Positions 38,801 through 49,387 of a stretch of 64,000 bases of DNA are shown piece by piece. This stretch comes from the human T2T-CHM13v2.0 reference genome, Homo sapiens. The DNA lies in assembly GCF_009914755.1 (NCBI RefSeq), contig NC_060931.1, one strand, 5' to 3'. Each line of letters opens with the position of its first letter. The first letter of the stretch is position 1. The notes below the pieces were generated by a model. That model saw only the letters and a program-made list of their open reading frames with translations. It was not told the DNA's origin and made no database searches. Both the position numbers and the translations under genes were made by a program.

Positions 38801-39604
38801 GGAACACCCATCCACAACCACATGACAGAGGCCCTGCCATGGCAGGAACAGCTATTCTAGTAACTGCAGATGACGAGCTGATACAGTGTACCCCTTATCT
38901 TTAGAATAGGAGCAGCTGGAAAAAAATACTTGATTATTCTAGAAATCATATACACAAGTACAAAGAAGGATACAATATTCTGTGAAAGAGGGCAAAACCA
39001 TCGTAAACAACAGTTGTGACAGGTGATTTGATACTGAGTGAGTTTCAGGCACCTTCCTTTGCTGAGTGCATGAGCTGCTTACTCTGGGAGATTACGAATG
39101 AGGGTGGGGCTCTGGGGAGCTTTCGAACTTGTAGCACTATATTTATTGGTATTTAAAGCCCTACCTCCTTGATAGTGAACAAAAGGCTGCTTAGGGATTT
39201 GTGGGAAATAAAAAATTATGATGGTAATTAGAAGCAGGATAGGAATGTGGTACACCTTTTCTTCCACATGGGAAGTTCTCTGTAAAAACACTGTAAGATG
39301 AGTCAGGCAAGGCCACGGACTTGGAAAAAGAAAGGAGGAGAAACAGATGGTGACATAAAGAATAGATTAATTCTGTAACCATTTACAGTCCTCCTCAGCT
39401 TTCCAACCCCAATTCAAAAAGCACAACAAATATAAGGCCAGGTTCTACATTAAAAGCTGATAGTGTTATACATCTATTTCATATTAATTACTAAAAAAGC
39501 CAACAGATGGTAAAGCCTTCTACCAACCCAGGGCTGACTTCAACTTGTGACCTACAATTATAATTCTCCAAATCATATAAAGTCCTGAAGCTAATTACTC
39601 TATT

Positions 39605-39648
39605 TGAAACTATTTGGTCTTATATCTGAAACTATTTGGTCTTATATC
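39605..39648 (+). repeat. Perfect 22-bp tandem duplication
   Basis: tgaaactatttggtcttatatc x2. Confidence 0.95.
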
Positions 39649-39907
39649 ATTCTTCCCTACTTGAGATAAACAAGAATAGGCTCAGATGAAATGGTTTAGA
39701 TAGTCCCCCCCGCCAAAAAACAGAAAGAAATATCTAAAGAAGACAAGAGTAATATGTACTGTGAATGACAATGGTTTATTTTTCTCTTTTCTATTTGACC
39801 TGCCACTGTCAACATTATTTTCAAGATCAGCAGTGGAGTGTTTACATACTCACTACTCTGTGTATTCCCTTGTTTTATTGACAGTAGCATTAAAACAGTC
39901 ATTCGTA

Positions 39908-40226
39908 GGCCAGGAGCAGTGGCTCACACCTGTAATCCCAGCACTTTAAGAGGCTGAGGTGGGTGAATCACTTGAGGTCAGAAGTTCCAGACCAGCCTGC
40001 CTAACATGGCAAAACCCCATCTTTACTAAAAGTACAAAACTTAGCCGGGTGTGGTGGCGCACACCTGTAGTCCCAACTACTCAGGAGGCTAAGGCACAAG
40101 AATCACTTGAATCTGGGAGGTGGAGGCTGCAGTGAGACGAGATCATGACACTGCACACTAGTCTGGGCAACACAGCAAGACTCTGTCTCAAAAAATAACA
40201 ATAAAAACTAAAATAAAAAGAAAAAA
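39908..40226 (+). mobile_element. AluS, antisense to RELN
   Basis: Full dimer with an A-rich tail. TSD tcattcgta / tcatttgta. Confidence 0.96.
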
Positions 40227-40289
40227 TCATTTGTAGTTAATAAAACTAGTATACTTTAACAGTATCTACTATTTAATATTTTCTTATTT

Positions 40290-40430
40290 CGTCATGACAA
40301 CATGAGGTGGATACTAGTATTATTCCTGTTATAGGCAAGGACACTGAGAGGTTAAATAGCTTACCCAAGACCACATGGCTAACAAATGGTTAAGCCAAGA
40401 TTTGAACCCAGACAAGTTTTAACAATTATG
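40290..40430 (-). mobile_element. MIR fragment
   Basis: gaggttaaatagcttacccaagaccacatggc...gatttgaacccag. Confidence 0.75.
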
Positions 40431-41444
40431 TTATATCCAGTCCCTTTCATAACATTTTCAGTGTCTTTAAGTCATCACTGAATTAAAAATTAATCTTCCT
40501 GCCTTATAAACTAGACCCTCTTGATATTTTTCCAGCTTTTCTAGGTTGTCTGAGATCCTGTCCCAGTGGGATCACGAAGGGGCAAGGAGCCCTCAGCACA
40601 AAAATGTTGTATTCATTAGCCAGAGATGCAATGCTAAGAGAGGAAGCATGCATGATCTGCCTGAGAGATGCTTTGGGGTGAGTGAGCCCCAGCTTTGGTG
40701 AAGAGTGGGAGGATTTCCAGAGAATCTACTGGTAGATTCCACAGAAAGCCAGTTTTGATCACTTGCCAGGCCCAGGAATCAATGCCAGCTCACAATAATA
40801 CCTGCCTCTTGCCTCTTCTTCTTCTTCCAGATCCAACCCTGGAGGATTAAGGATCTGAAACTAGTTGGGATTGGGGGTGGTGAGTGAGGAGGGAGAAGGA
40901 GCTGACCACTGTCCCCATTTCTACTGCAGGAGACCTACATTGGAGGTGAGCAGCTGTGGATGAAATCTGGAGCTTGCATTATCATCCTTAACTGATCATA
41001 TTGATAGTGAACTGAGGTATCTGGGAGACTAAAGTAACTCGATGACTCTTTTGGTCTATCAGCAGTCTTGGGACCTACCCTAGTTTCATGCAAAGAGGGC
41101 AGGGATAAAGGAGCTGCCACAGCAAATTTGAATGACCAGTGGAAAAAGAGTGGCATTTTTTTTTTCTGTCACCTGTCCCCACCCCGACAAATCCTGTTTG
41201 TTCAACTTAATGGTTCCACTAGCACAAAGAGGAGGGAGACATTAGCTATGCAAAACTTCTCAGAGACAATGGCATTTGAACTGAGCCCCTAAAGATGGAG
41301 GGGAATTACTAGGAAGGGAATAGAGAAATGTTGAAAACCACACCTAAAGGAATGTGAGTGAGATTTTCTGAGTTGGTTGTATTTGTGACGCTGGAGCACA
41401 GTGGATCAGGAGATGAGGATGAAAATTAGGCTGGATGACTAACT

Positions 41445-41976
41445 ACAATAGCAAAGACTTGGAACCAACCCAAATGCCCATCGATGATAGACTGGATAAA
41501 GAAAATGTGGCACATATACACCATGGAATACTATGCAGCCATATGGAAGGATGAGTTCATGTCCTTTGCAGGGACATGGATGAAGCTGGAAGCCATCATT
41601 CTCAGCAAACTAACACAGGAACAGAAAACCAAACACCACATGTTCTCACTCATAAGTGGGAATTGAACAATGAGAACACATGGACACAGGGAGGGGAACA
41701 TCACACACTGGGGCCTGTCGGGGGGTTGGGGGGCAAGGGGAGGGAGAGCATTAGGACAAATACTTTATGCATGTGGGGCTTAGAAGCTAGATGACGGGTT
41801 GATAGGTACAGCAAACCACCATGGCACATGTATACTTATGTAACAAACCTGCATGTTCTGCACGTGTATCCCAGAACTTTAAGTATATATAAAAAAAGAA
41901 CTATAACAAAATCCAGCAAAATAAAAAAAAAATAAAAAATAAAGGATGAAAAAAGGTAAAAAAAATTAAAAAGAAA
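41445..41976 (+). mobile_element. 5'-truncated L1PA 3' end (older primate, about L1PA8A-10-like) inserted in an antisense L2 relic (about 41240-42130)
   Basis: ORF 41484..41666 is the ORF2 C-terminus. 3'UTR atgcatgtggggcttagaagctagatgacggg. Perfect 16-bp TSD gaaaattaggctggat at 41421-41436 and 41977-41992. Confidence 0.96.
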
Positions 41977-42659
41977 GAAAATTAGGCTGGATAAAAATTG
42001 GAAAGGGCCTTGAATTATAAGTGAGGGATTTTGGCTTGTATCCTCTAGGCCTACATAGGAAGTCATCAAAGGTCTTAAGCATGGAGGCAGCATAATGTAA
42101 TTTGTGTTAAGGAATGATGCTAGAGTTTTTGCCAGTGGCATCCCTTTGGATGATCCTTGGTTCCAACATCTTGCCAGGCAGTTGGCTACATTAGACTGTT
42201 GATTTATCTTTCTTTATTGTTCCAAGGCCCCTACTCTATTTCATCTCCTCTGTAGATTACTGAAAACACCTCCTGCCTTCATAAGGGAAATATTTTAATA
42301 CTTTTTCTTCCTTAAATACACAATAGTTTGCCCATCAGTAGCTAAGATGAACCAGGAACTAGAATTTTGAAAACAAAATCAGCTGTTACGATGTGGAAGA
42401 AAGGGAAGCAAACAGTGTTTGGGCTGCACTTGCTAAACTGTAATGTATAACAAAACCAGTCTTCTGGAGGAAGGAACAGGTGGTACGCATGGAACAAAGC
42501 TGGAGCAAGATCAAGAGACTTGAGAAAAACAAGGATCTTTTAACCTACAGCCAGAGAGTGATGGGGGAGAAAACACACAGATAATTTAACAGGTGGATGT
42601 TGGGAAGAAACACAAGACAATCAAGAAGCACGTCAGTTACTCACTACTTGTGACAGCAA

Positions 42660-42844
42660 AGCTATGTGGCAACTGAGAGCAAGAGTTCTAAAGTCAGTTC
42701 CTGGATTTGAATCCTTACCCTGCTTCTGGTGAGAGATGTATTTTGGACAAGGTATTTAACACCTCTATGTTCCACTTTCCACATATGAAAAATGGGACTA
42801 ACACAGCATCTTCTTTACAGGTTTATAAGGATCCAGTTAAATGA

Positions 42845-42884
<40 letters not shown>

Positions 42885-42970
42885 GCGACGACGATGATGA
42901 TGTGTGTGTGTGTGAGTCTGGAATGGTGAGTGCCTAGAACAGTAAGTGTTCAATAAAAAGTAGCTTTTAT
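42660..42970 (+). mobile_element. MIR carrying an internal (GAT)13...(GT)n microsatellite at 42845-42913
   Basis: ttcctggatttgaatcc...gaaaaatggg...gtgcctagaacagtaagtgttcaataaa. Confidence 0.8.
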
Positions 42971-43092
42971 TACTTGGTCAAAGTTAATCTTATCTGTGTT
43001 TGGAAATTTTTCCGTAAATAGCTCCATTTTATAATTAAGCATTGCTGTTAGATGTACTCTTTGAGATAATCAAGATGGAAACACCTTGGAAA

Positions 43093-43345
43093 TTTTTTTT
43101 TCAGATCATAGCTCACTGCACCTTGAAGTCCTGGGCTCAAGCAATGGTCCCATCTCAGCCTCTGGAGTAGCTGGGACTACAGGTGTGCACCACCATGCCT
43201 GGCTAGTTTTTTTTTTTTTTATTTTTGTAGAGACAGGGTCTCTCTATGTTGTCCAGGCAAGTCTTAAACTTCTGGCCTCAAGTGATCCTCCCACTTTGGC
43301 CTCCCAAAGTGCTGGGATTACAAGCATGATCCTCTGTGCCTGGCC
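43093..43345 (-). mobile_element. AluJ lacking the last ~45 nt of its right arm
   Basis: T-run joined almost directly to gatcatagctcactgca. TSD accttggaaatttt / atcttggaaacttt. Confidence 0.93.
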
Positions 43346-45038
43346 ATCTTGGAAACTTTTAATGAGTAGGTTGAACAAAAAATACAACTCCAAAAACTAA
43401 AAGTCCAAAATAAAACAATGTTTTAAACACACCTCATGACCAATAGGAACACTGAGATATGCTTTCTAATTTGCTGTATTTAGTTTTCACCTCAGAGGCC
43501 ATCAAGTAAAGAAACAATATTTGACAAACAAGTTGCATATAGTCTAAAGAAACAATTTTTATTTCTAGAATTCCAAATCACTTGGCAAAAGCAATTCTTT
43601 CATTCTCAGATGGTGGAACCAAAAAACAAAAGGGCAGTCATGTAAATGAACTAAAATGACAAATTCTTAGATATTATGAATGCATTTATTTGAAGTTTTA
43701 AGAAGAAACATCAGAGAAAAATTTCTACTTAACGGCCAAGTCAAAGATAATGTTATAAATCATTACTACAATGATTTTTTTTCCCTTAATAGACATAGGT
43801 CACTCGGCAAGTCTCAAATGTGTGATTGGAAAGCTTATGAGTAGGATGAGGGACCACAAAGCAAAGCATATTCCACATAAAGTTGTAATATAATTAAAAT
43901 TACTACCGAAGCAAAACCACACCTCATGCATTTTTATCATGGGTGGTACCAAAGTACATGCAATGAGAAACCAAATAGCTAATTAGATTAGTGTAATGGC
44001 TTGTAAAATGAAACAGAGGGTACATTTATGCCATAAAGGGTACTCAGACCAAATGATAAATGACCATCATCACAAAATGATGTGAATCCCAGGCCCCGAG
44101 GTCTCCTGGGTTTATGCATCTGCTTGCCAGTGTTGAACAATGACAGCAGAAATTCCTCTTTTAATCAAGTGGTAGTGGGATATGACATACGCTATTCTGA
44201 CGAATGTTTTTTTCTAGACTCATACAAAAGAAATCCATGGCTCTTGAAGGAGCCATGACTTCAGACTCAATCAGAATAAATTTCCATAAGGTTTACTGCT
44301 TGTATTGAGCAAAGATGATGCCTGTTCCTAATGTCAATTAGTATACTTTCAAATCAAAGCAACATGACTAGGGTTTGACTTGTTAAGCAAGAAGTCATTT
44401 CCATCAGGAGAGTTCCTGTGTTGAGGGTTCACCAAATAATTTGTAATAGTTTTTCTGGTGCTCAACTCTATTATTAAAAGGAGGTGAGCATTCTCGATCT
44501 TTCTATTCTACTTGCTACTTTTCTTGTGATCCTCACCCCTTTCTAGCTCGGGATGTTCTGTAAGCCGTGAGACACATGTTAAAAAATTCTCCAAGCTGTG
44601 TTTGTATTTTATTTTCATATGTTGGAAACTTGAGGGGATACAGTTGAGGGTCTCATGACATTTTCATATCACCTAAGTGCAATTTCATATTCCATGCACT
44701 CTCCGGGCAGGCAAGCCCATGATTTGAATCCCCACTCATAAGGCTAATGATTGCCAAATTTGGATCTTTCTCTGAGCTTCTCACCCAAACATCTAACCTC
44801 CCACCAAATAGTTCTTCTTGCTTTCCCTCAAGATAATCAAAATTGATATGTCCAAAGGGACTCACCAACTTCCCATGAACCTGCTCCTTCACTATGTTTC
44901 CTTTTCAATGAACAGCACCTGTCCATCCAGCTGCCTATACCTTGTCCCTGACATCTATCATTCCTTCATGTTCTCAATATGTCCCCAACCTTTTCTGTTC
45001 CCTGTCCTATAAATCTGAAATAGCCACATTTTTCCATC

Positions 45039-45099
45039 CTCTCACTCCTAATTCTGGCCAATATGATCTCTCACTCCTAATTCTGGCCAATATGATCTC
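45039..45099 (+). repeat. Perfect 29-bp tandem duplication
   Basis: ctctcactcctaattctggccaatatgat x2, plus ctc. Confidence 0.95.
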
Positions 45100-45406
45100 C
45101 CATTGAACTACTATCATAAGCCTCCTATTTGGTCTCTCTGCATGCACTTTTTCTTCCTTCCGTTCAGTCCTCTATCCTCAAAGGGATATTTCAAAAACAA
45201 ATATGATTGGCTCCTGTTTAAAGCACTTCAGTGGCTCTCTATCACCTTCAAGATAAAAATTCAAACTCTACAGAGTCTTGCAAGATCTTCAAGGTCTTGT
45301 CACTGGCCATATCTTCAAACTTTTCTATCACAAGTCTCAACTTAAAATGTGTTAGACAACTATTCTGAATTTTTCCCAAGACTTTTACTTTGTGCTTGCA
45401 CCTTCC

Positions 45407-45689
45407 AGCCTCAGTTTGGGCTGCTATAACAGAGTACTATGACTGGGTGGCTTAAACAACAAATATTTCTTACAGTTCTGGAGGCTGGAAAGTCCAAGAC
45501 CAAGGCACTGGAAGATTTGATGTTCGGTAAGGGCCACTTTCTGGTTCTCAATGTGCTCTCTGGGGTGTCTGTACCCTTGTCACTTAATTACCTCCCAAGG
45601 GCCCACCTCTAATGCCATTGTATTGGAGTTAGGATTTCAACATATGAATTCTGGGGAGGTGGAGGGATACAAACATTCAGCCCACAACA
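45407..45689 (-). mobile_element. MaLR solo LTR (MLT1A-like), internally deleted
   Basis: ggctgctataaca...ctgggtggcttaaacaac...cagttctggaggctggaaagtccaag...ggatttcaacatatgaatt...aaacattcagcccacaaca. Confidence 0.88.
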
Positions 45690-46233
45690 CAGCCTTAATG
45701 TATCTGATTTATAATTCTAGACACACGATTCCTCCTTCCTGGCCAACTCCAAATTACTGTTCAGCCTCTACTTGGAGTCCCTATTCTCCTACCCTGCCTT
45801 TGTAACCCCCCAGGTCTGGATTTGGTACTGTTATACTGTAGTTTCTCAATACTCTGAACTTCCCCAGCAAATCATAACCATCAGGCTGTTTCGTATTTGT
45901 ATGCTGACATATTTAACTCCCCCAAACTAAACTGACATCCACACAATGGGAAGAGACACATCTGCCTTTTTGTGGTTATATTCTCTGGGTTCAGCCCAGT
46001 ACACAGCACAGTGAGTTCTCAAAAATACTTGTTAAATGAATGAATAAGTGAATGTTTTATACTAATGACTTTCCATCCTTAAAAGGTAGGGTAATATAAA
46101 TAAGTATATTATCTGGTCCTTTAATAGTGGTTTTGGTAAAATAGCTATCTTTATACAATTTGGTTTATTGAGCTTCACTTTTAGAAAGGAGATGAAGGAT
46201 TAAAACAACCCAAAAACTAAAAAGAGCTCTAAC

Positions 46234-46474
46234 CTTAACTGTAGCTCCTGGGAAGAAAAGCCAGTTGCCTGTGTCCACTGGGTCGAGACTATCTTCTAAA
46301 ACGACTTGTCTGTGAGCTGAATTGATGATCAAGATGTTATCTAAGGCCCAGCAGGCTTCATACACTTCACCTACACGAAGATTTTCCTGCTTCCACTGAA
46401 ATTGGACATTCTCCCCTTTGGCGTCCTCAGGAAGGTAGAGGATATGGATGATTGTGCTGACATTGGAAGGGGCT
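46234..46474 (-). CDS. RELN: Reelin coding exon (exon 10), 241 nt, (R)[80 protein letters not shown]
   Basis: ttccag|AGCC...GTTAAG|gttaga. ORF 46165..46365 contains part of it. Reelin WALDN motif. Phase 2->0. Confidence 0.98.
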
Positions 46475-46900
46475 CTGGAACATACAGAGAGATGGCAAGT
46501 TTAGCAATGCTGACTTTTTCTTTCTTAGAGATGAATTTTGTTTCTTAAGGTTGTAGTTTCATGATCTCAAGAATGTTATATTTATTACAGATAAAATAGC
46601 TACAATCTCATAGCCCTTAAATCTTTTAATATTTGCTGACTATTAAGATTTTCATATTGAATGATGACAGTTCAAGTATTAAATACCTACAAAAGGTTTA
46701 CATGGAAAACAAGTCAGGCACTAAGTATGTTCAAATAAGTCAGTAAAGGAAAAATTAAAGAGAAAATGGCACACACTGCTATGGCTTGTGTAAAAAAATT
46801 ACAAATCACAAAGTATATCCAGCACAATTTTTTGCACATGGTAAACATACAATCTAAAACAGGTTACCCAATAATAAGGATAAAAAATATAAAAGTGTGA

Positions 46901-47194
46901 TTTTGTTTTTTTGAGACAGGGTCTTGCTCTGTCATATAGGCTGGAGTGCAGTGGCACTATCACAGATCACCGTAACCTTGAACTCCTGGCTCAAGTGATC
47001 CTCACTCCTCAGCATCTTGAGTAGCTAGGACTACAGGCATCCATCACCATGCCCAGCTAATTTTTATTTTTATTTTTGTTGAAATAGGTCTTGCTATGTT
47101 GCCTGGGCTGGTCTCAAACTCCTGGGCTCAAGTGATCCTTCTGCCTCAGCCTCCCAAAGTGTTGGGGCTGCTAGAGTGAGCCACCGTGCCTGGC
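46901..47194 (-). mobile_element. AluJ in intron 9
   Basis: Full antisense dimer with J diagnostics. Degenerate TSD aaaagtgtgatttt / aaagctgtgatctt. Confidence 0.95.
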
Positions 47195-47314
47195 AAAGCT
47201 GTGATCTTAATGTTGGTTTTTACTTTGAAATTATTCACCTATTACAAACCACTGTGTGCAATATGTTTAATAATCAATCTAAATTATTTTATTTCTACTA
47301 ACCAGATGTTTTCA

Positions 47315-47400
47315 TATGTTTAGTCTATATGAAATGTGAGATTTGCCATAATTAAATGCTCTCACTTATAATACCTCACAATTTCACATAGATCATCCTC
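47315..47400. mobile_element. MADE2-like mariner MITE (palindromic, ~85 bp)
   Basis: Inverted arms tctatatgaaatgtgag / ctcacaatttcacataga. Size and ends resemble MADE2. Confidence 0.55.
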
Positions 47401-49290
47401 AAAAACATGATATAACATGATTTTTTATATTACCTCTACTAGAATCCAGATCCTTCTGCTATATAATAAAATATTTTTATTAAACATTTTCTTCCACCAA
47501 AGTAGAAACCTGCTGTAGTAAAAATGATTGCCTTTGCTAAGATTAAAAGTGGTACTAAAATGCAAACTAGTGGTACACCCTGGGCTTGTCATAAATCAGT
47601 TTTGAAAGGACTAGAGAAGAGCCATATTTCTCACTCACCAATGAAGCACATATATATCCGTAAAATTGTCACCATAGGTTATAGATGGTGTACCTTACCT
47701 TTGGGGGTAATCAATTCTCTTTTCTTTTAAAATATTTCATGATGACTATGCTTTTAGCTTCAAAAAGAATTGAAATTGATGAAGAGAATATATTTAGGTA
47801 GTGATTGGGAGCACTTTCACTCTAACCTCCACTGGTAAGGGAAATTTGCATTGGTTTGGTACATGGCCTAAAACTGAAAGTACCATTTAGTGAAAAATAG
47901 ATGGGTTCAGCTGAACACAATCTTTATATGTTCTAATTAAATATGTAGTTTCATTGTTCATCATATCAAAAACATGTAGCTGTTTTCCAGTAAGAAATAT
48001 GTACCATAATTTACTTCAACTATGATATATAACATACTAGAAAGAGAAAAAAAATGGAGACATAGGTAAATTTTTCAGTATTTATGCTTCTTTGTTTAAA
48101 GCCATTTATAGAAATATTTAATATGAATGCATTTTCATAACTACTAGGAATTACAAAGAATAGCAAAATGTTCTGTTATAAAATTGTCACAGCTCAGCTT
48201 GTATCAGATGCCTATACATTACATTTTGTCCTGACACAGAGAGAGACAATCTATTAAAATCCATGAGTTAGAAACACTTTTCTCAGTTTTTGGTTAGACT
48301 AAAGATTTGTGAAGTTTTTATTTTATTATTATTATTTTTAAACACCACTACCAAAGAAACTTTAGACAAACTGGCTTAATATTATACTGACAGCCTAATA
48401 TTTATTCTGCTACCCTAAATAATAGTTATTTTAATACAGAAATATAATAAAGAAAATAGCTAGTAGAAAAAAAGAGAGCTGTCACGAAACTGATAAGAAA
48501 ATATTCTACTTAAGTTATGCTAATTTAAGAGCTAACCCAATCATAATAATCACTTTATAAAAGTTTAAGGCATTTTTTCCTTTAAATATCTTATACCTAA
48601 AATTAAGTATCCATTTAGAATTTTATTTCATGGTTTAAACTGTTCAGTAGTGGCAAACATAATTTGAGTTTTGCTAATCTAGCCAAATCTTTTTAACATG
48701 AATGAGTTTCTTCATCCTCAAGCATCCTACCTTATTTTCTTATTGAGGGATATTTTTTAATAAAGAAAATGTAATATGTAATTACAAGTCGCATCACAAT
48801 TATGTTAATAGAATTTTAGAACTGGCCTTAGGGAAGTTAGAAAGGATGTGACAGAACTGGAGATTAGATGTAAAAGGCCCTGTGGCTATTAACTCAATAT
48901 CATCACAGACTGGAAGGGATTTAAGTAGTCATCTGATGTATTTCCAGACCATAAGGCAGGCCAGAGTCAGGCCACCTAGAGCAATGGGTGGTGATATTAT
49001 TTTGTGGAGAATGCTATCAAAAAAGCTATGATTGCAAATTTACTTTTACCAAAAATAGTTTGTTATAAGTACTGCTGATGGGAGGAAGTTCTGAATGGAA
49101 AATGACACTTTTAATAATATCTTCTCCGAGCAGGGCTGGTCATAATATGTGCATCCATAGAATTCAACATAATTAACAACCAGAGTCCTTTTTACCCTAA
49201 AGAAAAAGTTAGTGGTGGATTGAAGGCATATAGGAGAGTAGAACTCCATCTATGTCAGAATTTATGAAAATACTTTAAATTACAACAAAC

Positions 49291-49387
49291 CTAATTTTCT
49301 CTAGCTGAATCCAGTCCGCAGAGTTATTCTTGGCATATAACACGATGATGCTGGGGTCTGAATAACTAAAGCGACATGAACCTGACC
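49291..49387 (-). CDS. RELN: Reelin coding exon (exon 9 by recalled numbering), 97 nt, (G)[31 protein letters not shown](R)
   Basis: Minus strand reads tttacag|GGTCAGG...AAAATTAG|gtttgt. Translation matches recalled human reelin. Phase 1->2 joins the next exon in frame. Not in the ORF track. Confidence 0.97.

Larger units (their letters stand above)
44700..46055 (+). mobile_element. L2 fragments interrupted by an MLT1 LTR
   Basis: ctctgagcttctcacccaaacatctaacc...; ends cccagtacacagcacagtgagttctcaaaaatacttgttaaatgaatgaat. Confidence 0.7.

Noticed and set aside
40545-40940. Possible old LTR fragments (also about 51345-51690 and 12080-12600)
   Set aside because: Composition suggests LTR relics, but I could not assign a family or ends, so they are not listed as features.
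47699-47757. Possible 59-nt cryptic exon in intron 9 (ttttgaag| ... AAG|gtaagg)
   Set aside because: The donor is strong, but the acceptor is a weak AAG, the body is very AT-rich, and it seems to lie in old repeat sequence. Likely chance.
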